Assembly (NCBI RefSeq): GCF_009914755.1
Contig: NC_060947.1
Length of the DNA stretch: 64,000 nt
Source: the human T2T-CHM13v2.0 reference genome, Homo sapiens
Reading direction: 5' to 3' (one strand)
The translations under genes were made by a program, and so were the position numbers. Shown one piece after another: positions 1-13,089 of this stretch. How positions within the stretch are numbered: the first letter of the stretch is position 1; the number at the start of each line of letters is the position of its first letter. The notes under the pieces were generated by a model. The model saw only the letters and a list, made by a program, of their open reading frames with translations. It was not told the origin of the DNA and did no database searches.

Positions 1-1082
1 CTTTTCCACAGGGCTGAATTGTTTGTTGAAAAAAGCCATTAGGAGTAATAAAGCAATGTGAGACTAAGATAATTTTTCTTGAGTTTGCTAATGCTAAACA
101 AACACATACCCTGTCAAGGCAGCCAGTAAGCAGTATGAGGCCTGCTGCTTACCTGTGCTCACAGGTGGCAGCAAAATCAATTAGCTGCTTCTACCCATGG
201 CAAGTCAGTGATATTGATCCACTTTATAAAGCTACATGACATTAAATTGTTTTTTTTTGTAAAAAGGCATCTTTCATTCTGTATTTTTCACAGAACTTCT
301 CACAACTAACTCAGCTCTCTATGCCTCTTCGTACTAAAAGAAACTTGATAAATAGCCTAATTTTCTCTAAGGTTCCCAAAAGACTTTTATCAAAACTATC
401 TCACATCTCACCATACCTGAGATCCATATGCAAATAATGTGCTGATCTTGGAGAAATTATATAAGACCAAAAAGACCAGATGTCACCCTCATCTTTAAAA
501 TGAGGCAAAATATGCATGATATCATTTAGTATCTTTATATCAGCATCTTTAAAAATTTTCAAAAAGTTGTACACAACTGAAATATGCAGAAGTTATTGGT
601 AGAATAAATTATGGCACAGGCTAAGAGTGGAATATTTTGCAGTCATTATTAGTAAAAAGTGATATTTTGGAAGAGTATCTTATGAAATGGAGACTTATTC
701 ATGGTAGGCTCTTTAGTTTACAAAAGAAGTGTGTTGAAATGCAATATGTATAGTAGGATTTAATCCTGTACAACAAAATGTATTTAAATAACGAGAAATA
801 CCACTGTATATCAACAGATTGTTGCTGGGTAGTAGTATTGTGAGAGGTTTATATTTTCTTCCTTAAGTTTTTCCACATATTCTAAAATAAGTAGTACCAA
901 ATGTGCTTTATATAACACATAAGGAAGAACGTTTTAACCATCAAATGACGAGACGTTGGTATAGGTTATCAAAGAAAGTTATAAAGCTTCCATTATAGGG
1001 AAGGAGTGTTGAAGAAGATAATATATTTAAGCACATGTTCTTAACTATTTGCAGATAACTTGAACCTGATTATTTAGATAAA

Positions 1083-1720
1083 CTTTGGCATCAGATCTCG
1101 GTACAAATTCAAGCTCTGCTTCTTACAAGCTAAATTATTCTGAAATTATTCTGGAGCAGTTGTATCACCAGTTTGAGCCACAGTTTTCTTGTATCTATTA
1201 AATGAGTATAATAAAAGCATTCCTGTAGAGCTTCTGTGGGAATAAACATAATGTAAGTAAAATTAGTATGTAACACATACCTGGTACATACTAAGTATGG
1301 CAGAGCTGGGATCTCTGTTCACCAAATCCATTTCCCTATCCTCCTAGGCAGACATCTAGTCTATATTTCTCAGCCTCAAATTACAGTGAAGGATGATAAT
1401 TTTATGAAGTCGTGGCTATTGTAATGTAGGTAGATATAATGTATGCCAATTCCAGGTCTGGCCTATAAAGACCTCTTGCGAAATCCTTCATTCTTTCCGT
1501 AGCTGCTAAGTGGAAGTCACTGCCACTAGGTGAAGGTGGAAGAGCTCCCAATAACCTGGGTTTTAAAATTACTAGATCAAGGATTCTCTAATTCCTTCAC
1601 CTATTGAACTTTACAAGAGCAACAAATTCTATTGTGTGAAGCCATTGGAACTCTTAAATTTATTTGTTATAGCAGTTAGTGTTATTTTAACTAATAGAGT
1701 GCTCAATAAATAGTAACTGT
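1083..1720 (+). mobile_element. MIR SINE interrupted by an MLT1(J-like) MaLR LTR (~1297-1699)
   Basis: MIR-like core (caaattcaagctctgc...aaatgagtataataa...cctggtacatact) resumes after the LTR as gtgctcaataaata; LTR ends tatttgttatagcag...aactaata. Confidence 0.6.
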
Positions 1721-2499
1721 AACCACTACTAATATCTCCCCTAATTTTAAGATTTCCCTACTTACAACTGCTTTAAAATACAAAGGAGTGGGGTGGGCGT
1801 AGGGGCCAAAATTTAAAAGATAGTTGGTAATAAAGCTGGGACGGGATTTATGGTGACTGGCATGCCACCTGATTCTAAAAATAGGACTGTATTTCAGAAG
1901 AAGGAAAAGGTTATATAGAAATATGATCTAGTGAAGCAACTGCTTCAGAGAAGGTGCATGACATCATAGCCATATCCACCCTAAGGTCTGCACAAACCTC
2001 CTATACAAAGAGAAAGCTGATATATTTCCAAGAATATCTTCTAGGTGCTGTTATCCAGTTTGAGTACGTGATCTTTTTCTTTTATGCACGGTGCAGAGTC
2101 AAACGGTTGCAAAATTGAAGTATGCATTGCCTTTGCCTCTAGAATGAGTCATGAACTCAAAGGTCTGGCTAGTTGTGGTCATGAAAGATTCCCTAGACTC
2201 ATTCACCAGAGCAAGATGCCTTTCAGTGTTGAGGTAAGTTAATTCCTGCACATGTGTAGTTTGTAAAGCCCTTTGGGATGCAAAGCTCTCTGCAATTGTC
2301 AGATGTTCTTTAGATTATTAGACAGGAAGTCAGGATAAAAGCGCTTCCAAATGCTACAAATCTCTAAGGATGTAAGCAGTGCTGTATAATAAAAATTGCA
2401 GTAAGCCATGCAAACCCTCTGCTACAGGCAGTATCACAAAAGTTCAGTTTTTGTTTGTCCTTCCTGTGAAGTATTACTCTTATTTAAGCATAGAATCTA

Positions 2500-3060
2500 T
2501 GTCCTAAGTTGGTATACAATGTTTAGATGCTGATAGCTTTAACTATTTTTAAAACCTTGATGAAAATATCTCTACTGCTTCCAGACACTTGAAGTGAACA
2601 TTTCAAATCCCCATAAGAATGATGTATGTAATTACATTACTGTATAATAAATGCAGTTATGAGATGAAATGGAATAGGTTTCAGGAGAAGAGTCCAAGAA
2701 TTTCAGTACATAATGATACATTCTCAGTTCTGCAGTTCAAAATGAGATACAATATGGCACAGACTTCCAATGATGATCCACATTAGAGGAAAAAAAGCCC
2801 CAAGCAATAGACTGATGGGATGAGTAGTAACAAAAATATCTGAATGCTACACTGTGATTATCAAATTCTGTACTTAATATAAGCACTACCATCCCCAAAC
2901 AGGGTCAAAAGTTTAAAGGGAACATTGCAGAAAATGAGGCACCAGAGAAAGTTATAACTAACTAGGTCAAAAGTGTTCAGAGTGTCAAAACTCAGAACGT
3001 CTATAAAAGGGCAGGAAAATGTCACAAGCCTACAAGAAGCAAGCGATGACTCCATAAAAT
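2500..3060 (+). mobile_element. Degraded ancient LINE (L3/CR1-like) fragment
   Basis: Weak similarity to CR1/L3 ORF2 3' region by eye; boundaries approximate. Confidence 0.3.
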
Positions 3061-4293
3061 CTGATTATTATTATAAAAGACAGGATTGTTGGAAGTAAGC
3101 AAGAAAATTATTCCCAGTATTTAAAATGTAAAAATAAAGATAACATACCTGTCACAGAAGTTTCTCCAAAATTAAATGCTAAATAAATTAAAGCAATTAC
3201 CAGGCCAGTAGCTGTGAAAATTGTAATAAAGAAGGATCCCCTTCCTCAATACTTTTTCTCCATTTTTTCTGCTACCTGCCAGGCCTCTAACTTCCTGTTG
3301 TGAAATTGCTGCTTATTGTCATTTGAAAACCTAATTGTGATTTGTTTAAAATGTGCTTTTTATAATTTAGAATGAAAGCTACTTAATTATCTTTGTATTT
3401 CTTTACTCCTTGATTTAATGGGTCATTGCTTTAGATTTATTAACTAAATTTCACATCTTTGTTATTTATAAAAGACCTACTTTATAGAAAAATCATTGTT
3501 TTAAAAGCATGTAAGAAGTCCTCTCTTGCTATTATCTACACATACAGCTCGTCAAATAGACATATCTGATCATTTTGAAGGGGACTTAAAGGAAAAAAAT
3601 AAAAATATAGAAGACCATTTGGGCTAGGAAGCTTTATCTGGTGCCAGTGATCAGGCAAAGGAACTACTGGGGTTCATGAGTAGTCCAAATAAATAGCATA
3701 CTTCTTCAGCACCTTAATTTCCTGTAAAAGCTATTTTATAAAATATAGCTTAGTTTAAAAATTAAACAGCTTCTTAGTGTTTAACTTCAAAATTACTTTG
3801 CCCTTCCCACCCAATCTTATCAGAAGAGGACTGGGAGAAGTGTCCCCACGTGGGAGCAGATGAGAATGCATCCACTTTGCAGGAAGGCCAACTGCCTAGG
3901 GAAAAGCAGAAGCTGAATAAACCTTGCTCAATTTATTGGTTTCAAATTTACCAATTAAATATGTCCAGCAGAGGAATGAGTTAGAGGAAAAGAAAAGTCA
4001 GGAATGATATGACTAGTAAAACTTTCTACATAGAAAAAAAAGTCAGAGCTGGGAATAGGCATTCCCAGCTTATAGTTTCAAAAATAATTAAGCAGTCTTT
4101 TTGAAGAGTAGCCTTGCCAACTCAAATCTAGAAACATCAATCTCCAACCATCTTTGCTGCTGCCGCCTGATGATGCAGCACTGAAAACCAAAACTCAGCA
4201 TCTTGATGTATTTTAACTTATCAGCCTTCAAAGAACAGCCAAGTACAATTTTTGAAAAGACAAAAATCAGTCAGCTGATAACTGGCCTGGATG

Positions 4294-4730
4294 GTGTTCC
4301 ATTCAGGATTCTGGTAGTGACAGAATTCATTCAGATGGTTTAAATAAACATACTTTAATGAGGGTATTACTTATAAGGGTGTGGGCAGGATTAAGGGAAC
4401 AAACAACAAATACTGGGGCACTCCAACTCTAATAATGGTAGGACATTAGTAGCACTCTTAGGTCAGAGGAAAATAGTTTCAATTACAAGGGGTTGGAAGG
4501 TGAAAGTAAAGTGAAGTAGAGGCATTTCTTCCCTTCTCCCTCCCTGCCTCAGCTTCACCCTACCTCCATTTTCCAGTCTCTTGTTGACCCCCATTGACTG
4601 AAGCCTATAGAAACTGGAGAGTAAGTGATCTGAAAGGACAGTTACTTGGGGTCAGCCTCCCAAGGCACAGAGTGTGACAGAGATGAGTGAAGAATGAATC
4701 TGAAGGTCAAATGGAGAACAACTAGCAGAG
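4294..4730 (-). mobile_element. MLT1-family (K/L-like) MaLR LTR
   Basis: Minus strand starts tctgctagttgttctccatttgacc; other end tgttccattcaggattctgg; old MLT1-like internal motifs. Confidence 0.5.
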
Positions 4731-5067
4731 ACAAATTTTACTCAAGAAGAAAAATATAATCCTAGAGATTTTATTTGTGGTCAATATAAATTCTGCAAAC
4801 TAATTTTTAGAGTGATATTGTTGAAAGGTCCTAATTCCAGCTCTAACTCTCAGACAAGCTTTGCCCCAACTGATGCAAACAGATGGATGTCTATTCATCC
4901 ACCTCATAAATGTCACCAAAGGGAAATGCTATGATTTCCCATAGTAAAACAATTGTAGCCATTTTATTTCAACTAATTTGGTAGATGTTTGCCTTTTTTC
5001 ACTCCAAGTAGATTATATGGTATGCTTTTTTATGTGTATTCTAAGTAATTTCACCACTACATACTCT

Positions 5068-5750
5068 GTGTATTCATTTTCTATTTCTGCATAATAGATT
5101 CTCACAAAATTAGCAACTTAAAACAGCATTAACTTATTATTTCACAGTTTCTATAGATCAAAAATCCAGTAGGATATGATCAGGTGCTTGGTTCAGGATA
5201 CCACAGGCTGAAATCAATGTGTTGACCAGGCTGAGTTCTTATTATTTGGAGACCGTGAGGAAAACTCTTCTACCAATCTCATTCTTCTTATTGGCAGTTT
5301 TGTTCCTTGTGTGTGTAGGATTAAGATCTTTGTTTCCTTATTGGCTATCAATCAGGGCCACTTTCAGCTCCTAGAGGTCACCCACATTCCTTGCCACATG
5401 GCCCCTTCCTTCTTCAAGCCATCAACAGCGCACCAAATATTTTTCATGCTTCAAACCTCTGACTTCCTCAGTCTGACTCCTAAGCCCAGATTTAAAGGGC
5501 TCATATGCTGAAGTCAAGCTCATTTGAATCATTTTTATATCATAAGGTCAACTAAATTGAGACCTTAATTACTTATGCAAAATCCCTTTTGCCATGTAAT
5601 GTAACATAATAAAGAAAATTCTGTCTTATCACAGGTTTCACGTACACTTATTCACAGGTTTCACGTACACTCAAGGGGAGGAAATTACACAGTTCACAAA
5701 CACCAGAGGGAAAAAATTGGGGGAGCTATCTTAGAACTCTGCATACCACA
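5068..5750 (-). mobile_element. MLT1E-like MaLR LTR
   Basis: Termini tgtgtattcattttctatttctgcataa... and ...cttagaactctgcataccaca; diagnostic cacattccttgccacatggcccc. Confidence 0.7.
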
Positions 5751-6947
5751 CTATGGGATGTCAGTAAATCTTATTAATATAATCTAGTAATTTTCTCCCT
5801 TAATTCTAAATTTCCCTGTCTTTCAAGTATTCAGGAAAACAAAGCTCATTGTATCATCATCATTTTTAAAATGAACCATTTTGTTCTTGCAAACTTCATA
5901 AACCATATCTCATAACTTTTGAACCTCTGATTAAATAATTCCAACTCCTTTAATGTTTTTTCATGTTTACTTTTTCAAACACATTCATATTTCAATTTAT
6001 ATTCTCTTAATCTTCTTCATTTTTTCATATCCCTCTTACATTGGTGCGTCAATTTTTGTTCTTAAAGTCATTTACAGTGGAACAGTTCTTTAATATATTT
6101 GCAAGTCTTCTTGAACAGCTGATTCTTATTCTAATAATTATTGCTTTAGTCCTTTAAAAAGGAAGCCATGGCCATTAGAAAACTAAATTTAATCATTAAA
6201 AAGAAATCTTTCATTATCCAGGTACTCAAAATATTGTTGAAATATAGTAGTTGTAACAGAGGGAGTAAGTAGACAGGGGATAGTGCTAGAAACTGAGAAG
6301 TTGGAACTCAGTTAGCTTTCATGGTGTCACTCAGTTACCAAGTGATGCTGGAGAGTGTCTGAGACTTTTGTTTATCACAGTTACTTCATCCGTACAAGTG
6401 ATTTTCTTGATTTCCTATTCTTGCTAACACTTCTTAATTGTCCTTGAGATAACAGAAAACAAAATCTATGAATAGGTGTATTGAACTCAGTATTTTTTAA
6501 CTAAAATTAAATAATAAGTTGAAAATTACCTAAGGTAACAATTGAATTATAGTAAAAACTAATCTGAAAGTAGAAGTTTCTTGTTTGTCTCCATGGATGA
6601 TTGATAGGTTTATACTATTGGCTCCCTAGGATCTGTAAACTAGGGTTCAAATGGTAAGAAAAAATAAAATTTGCTCCAGAAAGTATCGAATAATCCAACT
6701 GCCAATGATTACATTGTTCTGGATAATTGCATTTGACAGTCCATAACACACCACCCCGCTGTGAGGGAAGACATGTCAAGAACCGATGCACTGTTCTTGC
6801 TGTTATTCTGCAAGATTTACATTCATGCCTTGAGGTGCTCCAAAGAGAAAACATTCATACAAAATATTTTTAATGTTTTCTAATCTATTTGTTACAGGAT
6901 TAGCTTTTGTTATGAAACATAGGGTGTCACAATTAAAATCAGCTCTA

Positions 6948-7290
<343 letters not shown>

Positions 7291-7307
7291 CTATTGAATG
7301 ACTTGAG

Positions 7308-7354
7308 CAAAACAAAACAAAACAAAACAAAACAAAACAAAACAAAACAAAAAA
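7308..7354 (+). repeat. (CAAAA)n pentanucleotide microsatellite
   Basis: About 9 tandem caaaa units. Confidence 0.95.
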
Positions 7355-8589
7355 GGCCTCTTATTCAAAATGCAATATAAAAAATGTTCAGCAACTCTTA
7401 CTTGGGAGATTTTTATATAAGGAGTATGTTTGTTAGTAAATAAATACAACATAAAATTGAATGGAAGTGTGCTGAGTTGTTTTTCTATAGAAGGCAAAAG
7501 ACACACAAATAGATGATATGAGAGAGAGTCATTAAACCGAGTCATTTGTTCAAGTCCAAGCCAGATCAGTAGCAACCAAAAGCTATTACTAAGTGATGAC
7601 ATGTTTTGACCTATGAGAAATAAGCCTGTCCAGTTCCTAAGCTACATGGATTGGCACTATATTTTGGAATAAATGAGCACAGGTACTTACCATCCTCCTC
7701 ACCTCTAGGGATTGACCTTTTCCAATGGGGTTTTGGCCCATTGACATAACAATGGGGAAAATTGCAATGCAGATAACCTTTGTGTGACATTCTATAGGCA
7801 GTTGCCCCATAAGTCAAATTTCAGTTGACCCAGGATTATCTAAAAAGGTTGATCAAATTAGTACACTTAAGAATGAATAATGTATGGTCCTGTTTCCCAA
7901 ATGAATTGGAGAAAACTTTACAGAGAGACAAAAGGGAAAGACAAAAAAATGCTAATCAATGTTCTAGCAGCCACCTGTGAGTGACTAAGAATCGTTAATT
8001 AAAATTCCATTCAACTATAAAAAATGCAATTACTGTAACTCCAATTGTTAACTTTCATTAGAGGCAAGAACAATCAGAAACACACATATACAGATACAAA
8101 GGAAAAATAACTTGCTTCTGATCTGTAAAATCGTGCATGCATGTGCACATGCACACACAAACACACTGACCAGATGGGTTTAAAATTTATTCTGTGGTAA
8201 ACTACTATTGACAGATTCTAACTCTAGTTTGTCTCATTAGGTCACCCTAAAGAAATAGAACCAGAAGATTGCAGAATTGCGGCCTTCGATTCTCCTCTCT
8301 AAGTAGACTGAGTACACTTGAAGACAACAATATGGGCATTCATTAGATGGAATTTGGAAGACAAAGCTGAGGTTAAAAATTACATTTCTTTTGACTAAAC
8401 TTAGGCAGGACATTTAGTCTAGCGTTCACCACAGGTCTCATTGGTCCCTACTACCTGTACCAGACTTTCCACAGGCACACTATATGCGTGGCCATTAAGG
8501 TTTTTAGTTTGCATTCCCAGGAATAAATTGATTTCTCACTTTGATAACATGCTGTGCTACTTCTGGCTTTTACATTAAAACCCTTAGAG

Positions 8590-9265
8590 GATGATAAGTA
8601 TGGTTACAGAACACATTGTCTGAGTTTCAGATCTGGCTTATTCACTTAATAAATGCTATAGTTTGGATATTCATCCACCCCCCGATATCTCGCATTGAAA
8701 TTTAATCCTCATTGATGGAAATGAGGCCTAATTGGAGCTGTTTGGGTCATGTGGGTGGATTCCTCATGAATGGCTTGACATCGTCCTCAAAGTAATGAGC
8801 GAGTTCTTGCTCTGTTAGTTCCCATGAGAGCTGGTTGTTAAGAAGAGCCTGGCACCTCCACTCTCTTTCTCTTGCTTCCTATCTCACCGTGTGATCTCTG
8901 CACAGTTGACCCCACTTTGTCTTCTGCCATAAGTAGAAGCAGCCTGAGTCCCTCAACAGAAGCCAAGCAGATGCTGGCACCATGCTTCTTGTACAGCCTA
9001 CACAACATGAGCCAAATAAAGCTATTTTCTTTATAAATTACCCAGCCTCAGGTAATCCTTGAAAGCAATACTAAATGGACTAAAACAGTAACTATGTGAC
9101 TACTTTATACCAGAGACTCAAAATTTCTGAGCCTCAGTTTCTATGACTATAAAATAGGGATGGAGATAATATTAATATCTAATTCACAGGGTTATTGTGA
9201 GTATTCAAGTGTGGTTAAAATACTGTCTGGAACGTAGTAAGTACTATGAAAGTGTTTGTTATTAC
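8590..9265 (+). mobile_element. MIR SINE split by the MSTB LTR
   Basis: gagtttcagatctggc...ttcacttaat before, and aactatgtgac...tctgagcctcagtttc...aaaataggga...cacagggttattgtgag after the LTR. Confidence 0.65.
8654..9087 (+). mobile_element. MSTB-like solo LTR (MaLR)
   Basis: tgctatagtttggatattc...gagccaaataaagc...aaattacccagcctcagg...ctaaatggactaaaaca. Confidence 0.88.
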
Positions 9266-9989
9266 TTTAAGAAGGTGGTAGGGTACTTTTGAACTACTCG
9301 GAGGCTAAATAGTGGTGACAAAGGAGGACAGAGGAAGCCAAAAGAGAAAAAGTCTTAATCTGATTAATTATATGTGGGTCAAAAATAAATACCAGCACCA
9401 ATGAATATGAGGTAAGACAAGTGTTTTGCTCAATTACGATATTAAATCTTATTGCAAATTTTTTGAGCCTTCTATAAGACTTTAATTGGGACCAATTCCC
9501 CCACTGAAGGCAGCTTTTTATTCATTTCATTGTCAGTATAAATGACTTTCACTCATCTGAATGCAATCATGAGATCTACCTGACAGTTTCATCTCCTGAA
9601 GAAATTGTTTTTTATTACATGTGCTTTTATCATGTAAATTTTCTTGCATTGAAAATCAAGACATGCCCCAAAACAATCTAATTTTGGGTTTTACTTTTAA
9701 TGGAGGCTTTAATGTCAATAATTTGTGGAGGAATACAGAGTAATTTAGAAGCCTATTTCAGAGTGATTGAGAAAATATTCATTGATGCCAGCAATATTCC
9801 AGTATTCTTTGTTTGAGACATCCATGGAAATGGTTTGAGTAGCTTATTCTAGTAATTTCCAAAGCTGGTGAAAAGAATTCACCATGAATCACAATAGCAG
9901 TGTTTTTAAACAGATAGAGCCATAGAAAATAAGGTATCAAATTTCTATATCTGATGTATGGTCTCCTCTAGTTTGGGAAAGGAAGATAC

Positions 9990-10378
9990 TATATCATCAG
10001 TAAACAAGAACAGTGAGGGGAATAATAAACCTCAAAGCTCTGTGGCCTAAGACAGACAATAAAGGTTTTATTTTTTGCTCATGCTTCGTGTACAACACAG
10101 GTCAGAAGAAGGCTCTGCTTTTTGGAGTCATTCAGGAACCCACCCCGACAGAGACTCTGTTTCATCAGTGTAACAGAGGGAAGGAAATGTGAAGATTACG
10201 TACTGGCTATTAAAGTGTTTGCCTTGAAAAGATACCGGTTGGTTCTGCTCACATTTCATTAGCTACAAACAGTCACATGGCCATGCTTAACTTCAAGGGG
10301 ACTGAAAAGTGCAATCCTACCATGTGCTGAGAATGATAAGGTCTGGAATAGTTATGAACAACCTTGATTACCACCACA
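9990..10378 (-). mobile_element. MLT1(J/K-like) MaLR LTR
   Basis: ttctgctcacatttcattagctacaaacagtcacatggccatgcttaacttcaagggg...caccaca. Confidence 0.65.
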
Positions 10379-10649
10379 GATGTTCATCTAATTTACAGGA
10401 AAATTAGAAGTCTGTGTAAGATTGCTGCACTTTTAGAAAAATTAGGTCTGATTGTTTTTATTTGAATACCCTTTCGTAGCCTGGGTTCCCAGAAAGTAAA
10501 GTCTGAGGCAATAGTTCTATGCTACTAATAGTATTGGAATATACAACTTCAGGACAGCAAGGGCAAGGGGAAAAGGGGAAAAGGTAGGGTAATAAGAAGA
10601 GTAAATATTAGAGCATGCATTAATATATGGCATTGGTAGGCATCAAGCC

Positions 10650-11626
10650 TGTATCAGTCTGTTTTCGTGCTGCTGATAAAGACATATCTGAGACCAGGAA
10701 ATTTACAAAAGAAAGTGGTTTATGGACTTACTTACAGTTCCACATGGCTGGGGAGTCCTCACAATCATGGCAGAAGGTGAAAGGCATGTCTCACATGGTG
10801 GCAGACATGAGAAGAGAACTTGTGCAGGGAAACTCCCCTTTTTAAAACCATCAGATCTTGTGAGACATATTCACTCTCACAAGAACAGCATGGGAAAGAC
10901 CTGCTCCTGTGATTGAGTTACCTCCCATGGTGTTCCTCCCACAACACATGGAAATTAAACATGAGATTTGGTTGAGGACACAACCAAACCATATCATTTC
11001 GCCCCTGCTCCCCTGCCAAATCTCATGCCTTCATATTTCAAAACAATCATGTCTTCCCAACAGTCCGCCAAATTCTTATTTCAGCATTAACTCAAAAGTT
11101 CACAGTCCAAAGTTTCCTCTGACACAAGGCAATTCCCTTCTGCCTATGAGCCTGCAAAATCAAAAGCAAGTTAGTTACTTCCTAAATACAACGTGGTACA
11201 GGCATTGGGTAAATACAGCCATTCCAAATTGGAGAAATTGGTCAAAACAAAGGGGTTACAGGCCCCACGCAAGTCCAAAATCCAGTGCGGCAGTCAAATC
11301 TTAAAGCTCCAAAATGATCTCTTTTGACTCCATGTCTCACATCCAGGTCACACTGATGCAAGAGGTGGGTTCCCATGGTTTTGGGCAGCTCCGCCCCTGT
11401 GGCATTGTTGGGTACAACCTCCCTCCTGGCTGCTTTCATGGGTTGACATTGTCTGCGACATTTCCAGGTGCACAGTGCAAGCTGTTGGCGGATCTATCAT
11501 TCTAGCGTCTGGAGGATGGTGGCCTCTTCTCACAGCTCCACTAGGTAGTGCCCCAGTAGGGACTCAGTGTGGGGTCTCCAACCCCACATTTCCCTTCTGC
11601 ATTGCCCTAGCAGAGGTTATCCATGA
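10650..11626 (-). mobile_element. THE1(B-like) 3' LTR (10650-10996) plus ~630 bp of internal sequence, truncated
   Basis: tgtatcagtctgttttcgtgctgctgataaagacata...caaccaaaccatatca, followed by THE1-int (tcttaaagctccaaaatgatctc...); ends abruptly near 11626. Confidence 0.9.
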
Positions 11627-13089
11627 CTCATCCCCACCCAAGTAAGAAACTTTTAAAATTATCTGATACTCAATAAATGTTGGTTAATTAAGCAACATTT
11701 TAAATGTATAATGTTTATAAGACAGTCATTTTCTAAAGGGAAACTAAACCTGTCATTTTGGTAGGAGAAATTTAAAAATAAAATATCAATCAGTAAGACT
11801 GAATCATTTCAAAACCTCTAACTTCTCACAATCAGTGGGAAAAAAAATCAAAAATTCCAAAAGAAGAGTTTTACAATGTGGAGAAGTAAAAAGGACATGA
11901 AGTGGTAATAATGATATGCTAACATAGGTATATATTAGGCCTGATGGCAAAGGGGTGAGAACTACCTCACAGGTTTTCACCCCAATTTCAAGCTTTGCTA
12001 ATTCATAAAAAGCCATTTTTAGAAAATGATATCATTGAAAATCTTCTCATTGACTTTTCTCAGCTTAAACGTTTAAAATTTTATCTAGCTGTAAATCAAT
12101 CATCCCTTTATTTAAAGAGCTATGAACATTTTTCTTAATATATAAAGGAAAAAACTGTCTTTAAATCTAGCAAATACTTTCACTGGTTAAATAAAAAAAA
12201 AATCTTGTTTTCTTTCTTCTGACAGCTGGTACACAAAGAAAAGGAGAATAATAAGTTTTAATTATACCTTTCAAAACCCAACAGATTTGAAAGCTATTCA
12301 GGAATTACATGAGAGAATTCTCAGCATTAACTTGTGGGTGGTTAAGAGATGTTAGCTCTCATTCTTGAGGGTGAGATGGCCAAACTTGTGAGTTGAACCA
12401 CAAAACTAAAATTCCCAAATTTGCAAGCCTTTATAATGATTATTTTCTTCAGGAGTGCCCTGTGTCTGTTTTTCTCTTTTTTTTCCCCTTACTTAAGAAT
12501 GGTTCAATCAAGTCATCAACACTTTAAATCATCACACAGCTCTTCTTCTCCAATTACATCAACCAACATCAGATGTGAAAATAGAGCACACATCAAGCAA
12601 AAAGATGGGATTATAATATCTTCCACTTTAGCCAGGGAGTCAAGCAGAGCGAAGAATGAGAGCATGCACAAGAGAGACGGTGTAAATAGTCTTTTATGAT
12701 TCATTCCTTGACTCTGAGGAAAAAAAGAATATTGCATTTGTTAATTCTAAAGTTTAGAAATGAATCTGGAAGCAGATGTTGGCAAGATGGCCAAAAAGGA
12801 CATTCGATCTCTTGTCTCCCCACAAAACCATCAGTGTAAACAACCACACATATGCAAAAATAACTTCCGAAGAGCTAAGGAAACCAGGTGAGAGATTACA
12901 GCATCTGGGAACAGCAAAGAAATAAGAAAAACATATTCAAGATAATAGGAACAACAGTTTTCATTATCATTATAACCTCTTCCCCAACCCCAGGCAGCAC
13001 ATCATGGCTAGAGACACCCTCCTCTTGAAAGAAGGAAGTGAGCATTGGACTTTGCCTCAGATTCTAACACAAGACTCACCACAGTAAAA

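Noticed and set aside
12421-12737. Overlapping 92-aa (+) and 73-aa (-) ORFs as protein-coding exons
   Set aside because: No recognisable protein similarity. Kept only as a candidate non-coding exon.
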